DNA from: Octopus vulgaris
Taxonomy: Eukaryota
Direction: 5' to 3'
Length of the DNA stretch: 64,000 nt
Assembly: GCA_951406725.2 (NCBI GenBank)
Contig: OX597837.1
Location: 18,848,001 to 18,912,000, forward strand
Shown here: one piece after another, positions 49,576 through 62,803 of the stretch
Layout: the number at the start of each line of letters is the position of its first letter
How positions within the stretch are numbered: the stretch's first letter is position 1
Notes under the pieces: model-generated
What the model was told of the DNA's origin: nothing
The model's input: only the letters and a program-made list of their open reading frames with translations
The model's database searches: none
Made by a program: the position numbers and the translations under genes

Positions 49576-50512
49576 TCTTAACCGTAGAGAAAAGGAGTGA
49601 AGTGATAGAGACAGAGAAAGGAAAGCCTCAGTCGTTTACAATGACAATTAGACTGAAATACAATCAATCTTTTCTAGCTTCTTTGCTTCTAACAATGAAG
49701 AAGAGTGGAAAGACATTTAGCAATGAATAGAGGGAAAGTCTTTCAAGTGTTTACGTTTTTATTCTGGGAGTTCTAGAACGATTGAGTGTTAGTTCTCTCT
49801 TCTTTCCCCCACCCCTGGTACTTATTTGCTCTCTTTCATAGTTCTTCAAGTTTTTTAGTTGGTAGGGAAAGATCATGTGTTTTTTTTTTAGGCATGTTTA
49901 ATGTTTTCTCTACAAACTACAAACAAGCGCCCCCCTTTTTTTTTCATACAAAAACTAATGCAAATTTCGAACAGGATATAGCTGTGAAAAGAGCCCATAA
50001 AAATGGGTAATAACCCCTACAAAATAGGTGGGGGAGAAAAGTTGCTAACAGGTGGATACACGAAATTCAACTCTACTTTAAAGAGTATTTTCTACTATAT
50101 GGTCTCAGGCCGACCAAAGCCTCATGAGTGAATTTATATATGTACATATATTTATGTGTCTGTGTTTGTCCCCAACCACCATTGCTTGACAACTGATGTT
50201 GGTGTGTTTGTGTCCCTGTAACTTAGCTGTTCAGCAGAAGAGATTGATAGAATAAGCACCAGGCTTACAGGAAATTAGTCCAGGGGTCAATTTCTTCGAC
50301 TAAAGGGCAATGCTCCAGCATGGCTACTGTCAAGTGACTGTAACAAGTAAATGAATAAAAGAATACCAGAAGAACATTCCGTAACACGAAACTAAGAAGC
50401 TTCTTTGAATATGTACGATGTATTTTAAGGTTAAATAGTAATTCTGTTTACATTTGCGTAACTGAGATATTTTGGTTGGATTATATAGTTATCAGTTTTA
50501 CACTTCTTTCTA

Positions 50513-51318
50513 TTAGGTTGTCAAGAAAGTTCTTGCGGAATTTTTAATTTTGGTTTTAAATGATGTATTTTCAAATTAATTTTCGTTAAATTACTTTGAC
50601 TTTATATGTCATTTTAAAGCCCATTTTCGCTCTATCCAATTGTGTTACTCTTTTTCTTTTTGAATAATTAGGCCATTTTTTCTGGAATGTTGAATACAAC
50701 ATGAACAATAAGCAAATTCGCACAATTTTCTTATTCCAGTTCAAGCTAGGCCGAAAAGCTGCTGAAACAGCTTGCAGTATCAACGGAACCACTAATGGAT
50801 GTACAGCACAATGGTGGTTCACGGAATTTTGTAGTGGTGGCGAGAGTCTTGAAGATGATAAGCGTAGTGGTTGGCCATCAGATGTTGACAATGATCAACT
50901 AAGAGCCTTAGTCGAAGCCAATATATGCACAACTGTTTGAGAGCTTGCTTCTGAATTAGACATAATGTATACGACAATTTCCAATCACTTGAAAGAGATT
51001 GGAAAAACAAAAATACTTGAGAAATGGGTGCCGCATGAATTGAACAACAACCAAAAAAAATGCCGTTTTGAAGTGTCATCTACCCCACTTTTACACAACA
51101 AGAACGACCTGTTTCTCGACTGGATTGTGACTTGTGATGGAAAGTGGATTTTTTATGACAACTGGCAATGCTCAGCTCAGTGGTTGGATGCCAACGAAGC
51201 TCCACAGCACTTCCTGCAGTCAAAGTTGCACCAAAAGAAGGCCATGGTGACTGTTTGGTGGTCTGTGGCTGGTCTCATCCATCACAGCTTTTTGGATCCA
51301 GGTGAAACCATTACGGCA
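50513..51318 (+). mobile_element. Hsmar1/cecropia-like mariner transposon, 3'-truncated pseudogene
   Basis: TA|ttaggttg... TIR. KQIRTIFLFQFKLGRKAAETA...AQWWF..F..G.ESLEDDKRSG.PS.VDNDQLRA and KWVPHEL...IVTCDGKWIFYDN closely follow the Hsmar1 transposase. Confidence 0.9.
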
Positions 51319-51489
51319 GCTAGTTGTTGTTGTTATTATTATTAGTTCAAATTCTGCTGAGATTGATTTTGACTTTCATCTTTTTGAGGTTGATAAAATA
51401 AGTACCAGTTAAGCACTGGGGTTGATGTAATTGGCTTACTGCCACCCTCAAAATTGCTGGCTTTGTGCCAAAATCTAAAACCATTATTA

Positions 51490-51492
51490 TCA

Positions 51493-51575
<83 letters not shown>
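51490..51575. repeat. Compound (ATT)n(AGT)n microsatellite
   Basis: Read directly. Confidence 0.95.
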
Positions 51576-51577
<2 letters not shown>

Positions 51578-51614
51578 GCAGTAAGCTGGTAGAGAAATAA
51601 CCCATACAAAGAGA

Positions 51615-52400
51615 ATCAAATAGAAAATTTTAGGCCTACAACTCTGCTTATAGTAGATGTCAAAATTTTGGCCAAGGCGTTAGTAAAGAGGTTGGTGCTT
51701 GTTGTTGATGGTCTGATTAGTGATTTGCAAATATTTACCATCCCAAGAAGATCCATCCAAAATAACCTCCACTTCATGCAATACATAATAAAGAGGCCAG
51801 GTAAAGAACCTGGTATGGGTTTGGTCCTGATCAATGAAATACCTTTGATAGGATTAAATACCAATACTTTGCAACTGTTCTCAAATCAGTCATATTTGGT
51901 CTTGTCTTCTGTGGCAGGATTGTCACAGGGTATAGTGGCATCTGCTTGGTTGTTTGGGTGAGTGGTAGACTATCAGAACCAATTGGTATGATGCACTCAG
52001 TTTGTCAAGGTTATTCCCTCTTGTCTCTTCTGTATGTATTGACTCTAGAACTAGAGTCAGTGCATACAGAAACTGAAGACATTGAGGGGTAGCCTGTGCA
52101 AACTAGGGCATGGAATAACTGTGTCAGCATATGCAGATGACATCACCATGTCATAGTGTCAAACACCAGACACGTAGACCTGATTGGCACTGCCCTAAAT
52201 GAATGCAAGGCGGTGACAGGAGCAAAAATCAACCAATAAAAGTCAGTGGGCCTGCAGTTTGGCACCTGGAGAGGCATGTCCATGCTGTTCAACATTGATG
52301 TAGGATGCTGTCAGATGTGGGGCAAATTTGGTTATCTGCTGAGTCTATATTGAAGATCATCCCACCACCTTATCTGTCTGGTGGCCTTTAGTAGATTGAA
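51615..52400 (+). mobile_element. Degenerate L1/Tx1-clade LINE reverse transcriptase fragment
   Basis: NFRPTTLLIVDVKILAKALVKRL...PRRSIQNNLH, SVCQGYSLLSLLYVLTLE, VSAYADDIT. Confidence 0.8.
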
Positions 52401-52890
52401 AAGGCTGAAGGCAAATATATTCCTTTTTAGTCAAATCCTCATCAATTTTCTCAAATTCCACTTGAAAAGGAAATTGAAGGTGGGGAGGGTAATCCTGCCT
52501 TCCAACCTATTTGTTGAAAGATGGGTGAATGTGGCTAGAATCATCTGAGTGAATGGGCCTATACTGAGCATGCAACTGTTGAGTGAGAGAAGAGGATGGG
52601 GAGAGGGCAACTGGTTTTGTGGGGTTTCCACGAACAGCCTTTAGCAGTTTCCTTCATTTTGAGAAATATTTTCTTGTTTGAAATTTTAATTTTTTGCTTT
52701 TGTTATCTTACTGTTTATATACCTTCATGTAATCATATCATATCATATATTGTATTGTCCTCTACTGTCTTTGGTCTTTGTATGAACCCTTAGTGATGAA
52801 TAAAGAAATCATCATCATGATCATCATCATCATCATCATCATCATTGTTATTATCATTATTATTATTACTACTAATTAATTAATTTATAG

Positions 52891-52951
52891 AATTTTAAAA
52901 CACCATAAAGTTGATTTTGGTTTAGAAATGAATCCCTTGAATTCATTTGAG
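52891..52951 (+). CDS. Unrecognised spliced gene, coding exon 3 (ILKHHKVDFGLEMNPLNSFE)
   Basis: Acceptor ctaattaattaatttatag| and consensus donor GAG|gtaagt. 61 nt, phase 2 to 0. Confidence 0.6.
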
Positions 52952-54414
52952 GTAAGTAATTTCTGGTACCTTCTTGGTGTATTGTGTATGTGGAAGAAAT
53001 AGGGAGAAATTGAATTTATGTGTTATATGTGTAACTGTAAACGTGTGTATGTCTCACTGCAAATATTTGTATGTTATTGTGAATATGAGTATGTAACTGA
53101 ATGTTCATTTGTGTGTGTGTGTGTGTAACTGGAAATATGTGTCTGTCATGATGGTCTGTATGTGATTGCGAATATGAAGGTGTAGGTGTTGTGCATGTGT
53201 GGTTATAAATGTGTATGATTGAGATTGTGAATATAATTGTAATTATAAAAATGTTTTGTGCACTTATAATTTGACAGTACTATAAATGCTATCAAAATCA
53301 GCCCATAATTTTCTTCTTTAACAGATTGAAGGTGAGAAAACATAAAGCAAAACTTGACAGATTCTAACAAATGGCCTACATTTATTTCCAGACTTGGCAT
53401 TTATTTGAGTACCATGCTCTCCCAAAAGTATATCCTGTATAGAAGCCTCTGTTGATCAAGGCTTATCATTGAATTGCAAATGTATGTGTAGGTCTGAGCA
53501 AGGTCTTATTTGTGGAAGATTGGCAGTTGCTCATGCATGGAACTCTCTCCTCCCCATGTTACTGACATGGAAAGATGTCCTCACCAAAATGAAGGATGAC
53601 CACACCAGTGTCATCGTAGGAACAAATATCCCATGGTATATTATCCAAAGATTGTGAGCTAGCAGAATTGTTAGCACACCAGGTGAAATGCTTAGTGCTA
53701 TTTCATCTGTCCATACATTCTGAGTTCAAATTCCACTTCATCTCCTTAATATTCACCTTAACCTTTTAGCATTTAAACTAGCCATATCCAGATCAAATAT
53801 TCTACCCATTCTATGTTAAAGCTTACCAGATCCAACCTTGTATACCTACACTACTATATCATTCTAAAGATAACCAGTCACATCAGCCAAGTGGTAATGC
53901 AGGATTAATTTAAAACAATGTGAATAAATAAGCATTATATTTGACAGAGTAATGTGAATGCTAAAAGGGTTAAGGTAGAGTTAGATAGGATATCTCAGGG
54001 TATTTGTTCCAAGTTCTTGAATTTCAGTTTCAAACCCTGCTAAAGTCAATTTGGTCTTTCATCCTTTCAGGATCAATAACAACAATACTAATCCAGAGCA
54101 GTGAATTGGTGAAATTGTAGAAATGTCAGACTGAATGCCTTGTGGTTCTGATTCTGGCTTTCATGTTCTAGCAGCAATGCTTGCAATAATATTAGTGCCA
54201 AGCTGTATGAGCCTTGCCTTTTCCTTGGATACTGTTAGTGGCAAGAAGAGATAGACTTCTATGCATGGCCAACTGTTGGACTGTCACAAAATAAAAGCCT
54301 CCTCAAACCTACATCTTAGAAAGGGACTTTTCAGGTGCAGAAACCCTTTATTCAGCCATGACTAAAACAAGCTCCCCCCACTCTCTCTCTCTCTCTATAT
54401 ATATATATATTTGT

Positions 54415-54665
54415 AAAAATGAACAGAGATGGCTTTTTTATGGGGATAAGTTTTATTTTAATCTTAATAATGTTTACAGTGAGTTACTCTGATATGAGTT
54501 TTGAGCTTCAAGTAGCCATTTTCAGTTTGATACTTGTAAGAAAAAAAATCTTTTGTAAAACATACATTTTTCAATTTGAAAATGGCTACTCGAAGCTTGT
54601 GTAAACATTATTAAGATTAAAATAAAAATGATCTGCCCCACCAAAAGCCATCTCTACTCATTTTT
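54415..54665. repeat. Foldback element beside (CT)n(TA)n
   Basis: Outer arms ..ttttattttaatcttaataatgtttaca / tgtaaacattattaagattaaaataaaa..; inner arms agcttcaagtagccattttca / tgaaaatggctactcgaagct. Confidence 0.85.
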
Positions 54666-54740
54666 TCCAGAACTTTCCAAGAACTTTCTTTTTATTATTC
54701 TGCTATATATATATATAACATACTATATACTTTATGATAT

Positions 54741-56835
54741 CATCATCATCATCATCGTTTAACGTCCGCTTTCCATGCTAGCATGAGTTGGACGGTTCAA
54801 CTGGGGTCTGGGAAGCCCAAAGGCTGCACCAGGCCAATCAGATCTGGCAGTGTTTCTACAGCTGGATGCCCTTCCTAACGCCAACCACTCTGTGAGTGTA
54901 GTGGGTACTTTTTATGTGCCACCAACACAGGTGCCAGACGAGGCTGGCGAACGGCCACACTCGGATGGTGTTATTTATGTGCCACCGGCACGGAGGCCAG
55001 GCGAGGCTGGCACGGCCATGATCGGATGGTGTTTGTTACGTGCCACCAGCAAGGAGGCCAGTCGATCCGGTACTGGCTACGGCCACGTTCGGATGGTTTT
55101 CTTATGTGCCACCGGCAATGGTACCACAAAACTACAAATTCCATTGATGTTCATCGATTTTGATTTGATTCTTTGATTTTTGATTTTCACTTGCCTCAAC
55201 AGGTCTTCACAAGTAGAGTTATGTGTCCCAAGAAGGAAGGTATGCACAGGTGGACTGACTACATCCCAGGTAGGGGCCATGGGTTATGGCCTCACTTATC
55301 CTGCCGGGTCTTCTCGTGCACAGCATACTTCCAAAGGTCTGGTCATTTCCTCGGTGAGACCTAAAGAGTGAAGGTCGTTCTTCACCACCTCGTCCCAGGT
55401 TTTCCTGGGTCTACCTCTTCCACAGGTTCCCTCAACCGCTAGGGTGTGGCACTTTTTCACACAACTATCTTCATCCATTCTTACTATGTGTCCATACCAG
55501 CATAGACGCCTCTCTTGCACACCACATCTGATGCTTCTTAGGTCCAACTTTTCTCTCAAGGCACTTACACTCTGTTGGGTATGAACACTGACATTACACA
55601 TCCAACGGAGCATACTGGCTTCATTTCTTGCGAGCTTACACATATCATCAGCAGTCACGGCCCATGTTTCACTGCCATGTAGCATGGCTGTTCGCACACA
55701 TGCATCATACAGTCTGCCTTTTACTCTGAGCGAGAGGTAAGAGCTCTCTGAACTTTGCCCAGGCTATTCTTATTCTAGCAGTTACACTTTCGGCACACCC
55801 ACCCCTTCTACTGACTTGGTCACCTAGGTAACGGAAACTATCAACTATTTCAAGTTTTTCTCCCTGGAATGTGGCGGAAGTTGGTCTCAGCATTTTCAGT
55901 GTTTTTTGCTCCTGAGCATCTGTCACATACAAAAACTATATTCCTAGTTAGCCTTCCTTTGACATTGCTGCACCTCTTATGTGTCCATAGCTTACACTTG
56001 GTGCATCTTATAGAGTTCCTACCTACGCCTTTTCTACAGATCAAGCAGGGCCATTTACCTGAAGGCGTTTGAGATTTGTCTACCTTCCTACTTATTAGGA
56101 CTTTGGTTTTAGCTAGATTGACTCTAAGGCCCTTTGATTCTAATCCTTGCTTCCACACCTGAAATTTCTCCTCCAGTTCTGATAGTGACTCAGCAATTAG
56201 AGCAAGGTCATCAGCATAGAGGAGCTCCCAGGGGCATCCTGTCTTGAATTCCTCCGTTATTGCCTGAAGGACTATGATAAATAGGAGGGGGCTGAGGACT
56301 GAGCCTTGGTGGACCCCAACCTCCACCCGGAATTCTTCACTGTACTCGTTGCCAACCCTCACCTTACTGACAGCGTCCCTGTACAGGGCACGCACAGCTC
56401 TCACTAGCCATTCATCTATCCTTAGTTTCCTCATTGACCACTAGATAAGGGAACGGGGGGGACCCTGTCAAAGGCTTTCTCCAGGTACAGAGTTTTATCT
56501 TTGGCTAGGTATTTCTCCTGCAGCTGTCTCACCAGAAATATGGCATCAGTGGTGCTTTTCCCTGGCACGAAACCAAACTGCATCTCGTCTAGGTTGACTC
56601 TCTCTCTAATCAGTTGGGCTATGACCCTTTCCGTAACCTTCATTACCTGATCCAACAGCTTGATACCTCTGTAATTACTTGTATCTAGGGCATCACCTTT
56701 ACCTTTGTAGCAGTTGACTATTATGCTACTACACCAGTCATTGGGTATGACTCCTTCGTGTATCACCTGGTTAACTATACGGGTGACTAGGCTATAGCCG
56801 ACACTGCCAGATATTTTGAGCATCTCAGCAGTAAT
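54741..56835 (-). mobile_element. 5'-truncated RTE-clade LINE (RT, PHD-like finger, 3' UTR, (ATG)n tail), frameshifted
   Basis: YKGKGD...NYRGIKLL, QFGFVPGKSTTDAIF, LEKAFDRVP, GVHQGSVLSPLLF, LLYADDL, FRYLG, MLHGSETW, GRGRPRKTW across ORFs 56431-56823, 55850-56434, 55705-55932 and 55296-55697. Confidence 0.95.
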
Positions 56836-58453
56836 TCAGCAGATATATATATAATATATTATATGATATATGCTGTAATATACTATGTAATATATACTAT
56901 AAAATATGTACCATATTATATACTATATAACATATCATCATCATCATGTAGCATGTATCTTCCATCCTGGCATGGATTGGACAGTTTGACAGAATTCAAT
57001 GAGTCGAGGAATTAGTATGCTGGACATCCTTTGTAATGCCAACCACTTTATAGAATGTACTGTGTCTTTTTACATGGTACCAGCTCAATAGAGATCATCT
57101 TGCAAAACTAAGATTTGAAACTGAAGGCGAATAGATGAGAGAGGGTGCAATGATTCTAGATAGGGTGATAAAAGAGGGTAACTGAGATGAGAGGGGCAGA
57201 TTTCTAGTTAGAACAGGATGGTAATGGAAAGAGTAGCAGAGTAGGCAGTAATTGAAAGGGAATGGCAGGGAACAGAGGAAGGGCATAGATTATGGGGTAA
57301 TGGATTATTGAGAAAGATGGATACAGAATAGGAAAGTGGTTAGGTGGATTATGTAGGTAGGTGTCTAGGATTATTCAACATAATGAATAGAAGATGTGAG
57401 GGAAAAGGGTCAAGGAAAGGGAGAAATAATCTAGAGTGATAAGGAATTGTGAAAGGGTCATCAAAAGAAAGAAAGGTATTGGGGGTTCTGTGTTTAAGTC
57501 AGATGAAGAGGAGGAGAGTATTCAGCATTAGGAACCATAGTAAAGCAGACATTGGTGCTTGGTGCAGCCCTCTGGCTCATTGGTTCCTTTCAAACCTCCA
57601 ACCCATGCCAGCATGAGAAAAGGGGCATTAAATGATGATGTTAATGATGAATAGACTTTTTGTCCCTAAATTTCAGTAATATATTTTATCCAAGTATTTT
57701 TTTTTATATGGTTCAAATGTACAAAAAAATGAAAGACAAGACAGGTAAGGGGACAACAAACAAGGTGTGTTAGTTTGGTTTGATGCTCAGGAAAAATGGA
57801 AAAGTTTTTGATGTTTTGATCTCCTGCTCTTCAGCAAAAAGGAAAGAGTAAAAAAGAAAATGGAAAGAATAAAAAAGAACATGTCTGGATTAACAGTTTC
57901 TTATGCTTCAATATCTTTTTATACAGTTTTGATCAAGATATTTTATATTAAGTTTCTCATATCATAACATCATCATCATCTTTTAATATCCAATTTCCTG
58001 TGCTTGCATAGGTCAAACGGCGTTCCTTACACATGCACTTTCTTCGGCCAGAAGTCCTTCCTGTCATATACCCTCGTCTGTCTCCAAGCAAGGTAATATT
58101 TCCCCATGGCCAGACATGGTCTCAGAGAACATTTATTGTCAAGAATTTACTCACGCAAACACAATAGGTCTCTTTCAGTTTCTCTCTACCAAATCTACTC
58201 ACAAGTCTTTGGTCGGCCCAGGGTTATTTTTGAAGACATTTGCCTAAAGTGCTACACATTGGAAGTGAACCCATAACCATGAGATTGGGAAGCAAAATTT
58301 TTACCACACAGTCCCACATGATTCATGTGTAATTTATCATCATTTTTATATCTATTTTTCCATAGTGCAATGGTTGGGAAAGGAAGTTTTGAGGTATTGC
58401 TTTGTGTTCAAATATACCTTTTTGCTTTTTACAGCACAATGAACTTACATTAC

Positions 58454-58899
58454 CCCTTTAGCATTCAAACTGGCCATACCAGGCCCAAAAATTCTATCTG
58501 GTTTATATTTAACCCTTTAGCATTCAAACCAGTTGTATTCGGCCTAAATATTCTACCTGTATTATGCTCAGACTAGAGAGATCGGGTTTCTTACAGGTAC
58601 CATACAATGACTGGCTAAAAATAAACAATGAAATCATTTATATAACTTGAAGCTACAAGATAATGAATGATAGATTTAAAACAATATGAGTAAATAAGCA
58701 TTACATTTGACAAAGTAATCTGAACTCTAAAGGGTTAAACTGGTCAGATCATGCTTCGTACACCTACCCTACAACATCATTCTTAAAATAAACAATCACT
58801 TCATCAAAATGTCAAAGCTACTAGATAATACATAATTAATTCAAAACAATGTGAATAAATAATCTCTACATTTGATAGAGTGATCTGAATGATAAAGAG
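58454..58899. mobile_element. piggyBac-type MITE with a second copy (58513-58734) nested at an internal TTAA
   Basis: The inner copy is flanked by TTAA at 58509-58512 and 58735-58738; the outer copy resumes collinearly with 34026-34244. Confidence 0.85.
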
Positions 58900-60366
58900 T
58901 TAAAGGCCAGGCTATGGTCTTCATAACATGTGAAGGAGCATGGCTTAGGGGTTAGAGCGTCAGGTTCACAATCATGAGGTAGTGAGTTTGATTCCTGGAC
59001 TGGGCTATGTGGTGTGTTCTTGAGCAAAAAACTTTATTTCACATTGCTCTGGTTTACTCAGCTGTAGAAATGAGTTGTGATGTCACTGGTGCCAAGCTGT
59101 GTCAGCTTCTGCCTTGACTTTGGATAACATCAGTGGCGTGGAGAGGAGAGGCTGGTATACATGGGTGACTGCTGGTCTTCCTTAAACAACCTTGCCCAAA
59201 CTTGTGCCTTGGAGGGTAACATTCTGGATGCAATGCCATGGTCATTCATGACTGAAGGGGGTCTTTACTCCTTACCCTTTTCATGATCCTAATAGATCGT
59301 ATCTCAGCTTTTAAAATTATTACCTTATATAAAAGTGAATGTATATGTTTCACGTTGTAGGCCATTGTTTGGCTCTTAAGTGACTGGAATTTGGCACAGA
59401 AGCATATCTTTCCCTGTTGCATCTACTGAGTTTTGTTCTTTTGAACATCTGATAGAAAAACTAAAACCATTGTATATACTTGTCCCAAGAACTAAACTAG
59501 GGAGTGAGAAAAATTTGTCTTTTATTTTTTATCTTTTACTTGTTTCAGTTATTTGACTGTGACCATGCTGGGGCACCACCTTGAAGGGTTTTAGTCAAAC
59601 AAATTGACCTCAAGACTTATTTTTTAAAACTCTGGCACTTATTCTATCAGTCTCTTTTGTTGAACTGCTAAGTTTTGGGTATGTAAACACACCAACACTG
59701 GTGGTCAAGCGGTAGTGGGGGACAAAGACACACACACTCACACACTACATATATATGCGACAGTCTTCTTTCAGTTTCCATTTACCAAATCCACTCACAA
59801 GCCTTTGTTCACCCCCAGGCTATAGTAGAAGATATTTGCCCAAAGTATCATGAAGTGGGACTGAACCTGAAACCATGAGGTTGGAAAGCAAGCTTCTTAT
59901 TACACAACCACACCTGCTCCTATAATGATTAGAAAAATAATTAATTTCCCATAATTATGTAAATTAGTACACTATTTTGAAAAAAATAGTTTCCCTCAAT
60001 ATAAAAAATTATTTTCTATATTTTGTTCATTATTTTTTTGCATATTCTTATGAATTCACTTCAACCATCTTCTGGATGCCTTGGATTCAAGAATTCTGAA
60101 AGAATCAACATTCCCAAACCGACTGAAGATAGTGAACATCTTTTTAAGAATACTTTATTCAAAATATAGTGAAATCATGTTATAGTATTTATTTTGGGAA
60201 TTATCTTGGGTAAAATCCAAAACCTTAGAATGGTTAATAACAGTCTGTGTTGACAACATTTAATCCATAAAAGAGTTGATAAAAGAATTTTGCAAGATAG
60301 AAAAAGAATTTAGTAAATTCAGCTGCCGTGGGGATTGGAGAATGTCATAGGTTTCAAACTTTTGCA

Positions 60367-61897
60367 CTTCATACGAGAGAGTGGGAGGGAGTGAATGTAA
60401 TTGTGCTGTACATATGAGAGAGTGGGAGGAGTGAATGTAATTGTGCTGTACATATGAGAGAGTGGGAGGGAGTGAATGTAATTGTCCTGTACATATGAGA
60501 GAGTGGGAGGGAGTGAATGTAATTGTGCTGTACATATGAGAGAGTGGGAGGAGTGAATGTAATTGTGCTGTACATATGAGAGAGTGGGAGGAGTGAATAT
60601 AATTGTGCTGTACATATGAGAGAGTGGGAGGAGTGAATGCAATTGTGCTGTACATATGAGAGAGTGGGAGGAGTGAATGCAATTGTGCTGTACATATGAG
60701 AGAGTGGGAGGAGTGAATGTAATTGTGCTGTACATATGAGAGATTGCGAGGAGTGAATGTAATTGTGCTGTACATATGAGAGAGTGGGAGGAGTGAATGT
60801 AATTGTGCTGTACATATGAGAGAGTGGGAGGAGTGAATGTAATTGTGCTCTTCATATGAGAGAGTGGGAGGAGTGAATGTAATTGTGCTGTACATATGAG
60901 AGAGTGGGAGGAGTGAATATAATTGTGCTGTACATATGAGAGAGTGGGAGGAGTGAATGTGCAATTGTGCTGTACATATGAGAGAGTGGGAGGAGTGAAT
61001 GCAATTGTGCTGTACATATGAGAGAGTGGGAGGAGTGAATGTAATTGTGCTGTACATATGAGAGAGTGGGAGGAGTGAATGTAATTGTGCTCTTCATATG
61101 AGAGAGTGGGAGGAGTGAATGTAATTGTGCTGTACATATGAGAGAGTGGGAGGAGTGAATGTAATTGTGCTCTTCATATGAGAGAGTGGGAGGAGTGAAT
61201 GTAATTGTGCTGTACATATGAGAGAGTGAGAGGAGTGAATGTAATTGTGCTGTACATATGAGAGAGTGGGAGGAGTGAATGTAATTGTGCTGTACATATG
61301 AGAGAGTGGGAGGAGTGAATGTAATTGTGCTCTTCATATGAGAGAGTGGGAGGAGTGAATGTAATTGTGCTCTTCATATGAGAGAGTGGGAGGAGTGAAT
61401 GTAATTGTGCTGTACATATGAGAGAGTGGGAGGAGTGAATGTAATTGTCCTGTACATATGAGAGAGTGGGAGGAGTGAATGTAATTGTCCTGTACATATG
61501 AGAGAGTGGGAGGAGTGAATGTAATTGTGCTGTACATATGAGAGAGTGGGAGGATGAATGTAATTTTGCTCTTCATATGAGAGAGTGGGAGGAGTGAATG
61601 TAATTGTGCTGTACATATGAGAGAGTGGGAGGAGTGAATGTAATTGTGCTGTACATATGAGAGAGTGGGAGGAGTGAATGTAATTGTGCTGTACATATGA
61701 GAGAGTGGGAGGAGTGAATGTAATTGTGCTCTTCATATGAGAGAGTGGGAGGATGAATGTAATTTTGCTCTTCATATGAGAGAGTGGGAGGAGTGAATGT
61801 AATTGTGCTGTACATATGAGAGAGTGGGAGGAGTGAATGTAATTGTGCTGTACATATGAGAGAGTGGGAGGAGTGAATGTAATTGTGCTGTTCATAT
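60367..61897. repeat. 40-bp minisatellite, ~38 units (GAGAGAGTGGGAGGAGTGAATGTAATTGTGCTGTACATAT)
   Basis: Head-to-tail near-identical units with no spacers; recurring variants tcttcatat, tgcaatt, gtcctg and 39/41-bp units. Confidence 0.97.
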
Positions 61898-62219
61898 TGT
61901 TCATATTGATGTGTAGTTTTTCTGTGTGAGTTTAGATTTGGGAACATTAACTTAATTCTGTTTTGATGCAAAGCTGGCCAATGAGCATAGGTGTAAGCCT
62001 GTGGTTCTTCTCTCTAAGTGCCATCAGATCATTGTTTCTAGATGCTGTGCGGTCTCTTTCCCTCACCACCCTAAAGTCACTCTCTCAAAGTAACTGTGAT
62101 GTCACTCTCTCTCTAAGTGCCTGCAGCATTCTCCTTCTTTGTACCATAAGTCTAGGTACTGTGAAATCACTCTCTCTAAGTGCCTATAGTTACCATTATG
62201 TTAGATTATCTAAATACCT

Positions 62220-62440
62220 ATTTCTTTATTATCCAAAAGGGGCTAAACATAGAGGGGACAAACAAGGACAGACATAGGTATTAAGTTGATTACATCGACC
62301 CCAATACATAACTGATACTTAGTTTATTGACCCTGAAAGGATGAAAGGCAAAGTCGACCTCGGCGGAATTTGAACTCACAACATAGATGAAATACGGCTA
62401 CGCATTTCGCCCGGTGTGCTAATGTTTCTGCCAGCTCGCC
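62220..62440 (-). mobile_element. SINE family B copy
   Basis: gaaaggatgaaaggcaaagtcgacctcggcggaatttgaactc...ttctgccagctcgcc is the reverse complement of 24661-24883. Confidence 0.8.
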
Positions 62441-62760
62441 AATATTGCCTTGAGCTACTGTTAAGTCATTGTCACTCCACTTAATGTGACATCATACAAA
62501 GTCCCTTTAATCACCATAAAATCACTTTGCTGAGTTGATTAGATCAGTGTGTCATGATATTTTAATGAATCACAACATTATATAAGTATATCTCCAAATT
62601 GAACATGTTCAGGATATTATATTCATATTTGTAGAAAAAATTTAAACATTGAACTTTTATTTTGACTGCACAGACTTATTCTTACACACAATCTCAAATA
62701 TGCTGCATTCAGTGGCAATGCTGTGTTTAGTTGAAATACATGCATGCATACACACACACA

Positions 62761-62803
<43 letters not shown>

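Noticed and set aside
50701-51345. SETMAR host gene
   Set aside because: No SET domain, internal stop and truncation, and a TIR lies directly upstream.
60367-61897. CRISPR-like array, or repetitive proteins from the many minus-strand ORFs
   Set aside because: Units are head-to-tail with no unique spacers, no cas genes are present and the context is eukaryotic. The ORFs are by-products of a 40-bp stop-poor unit.
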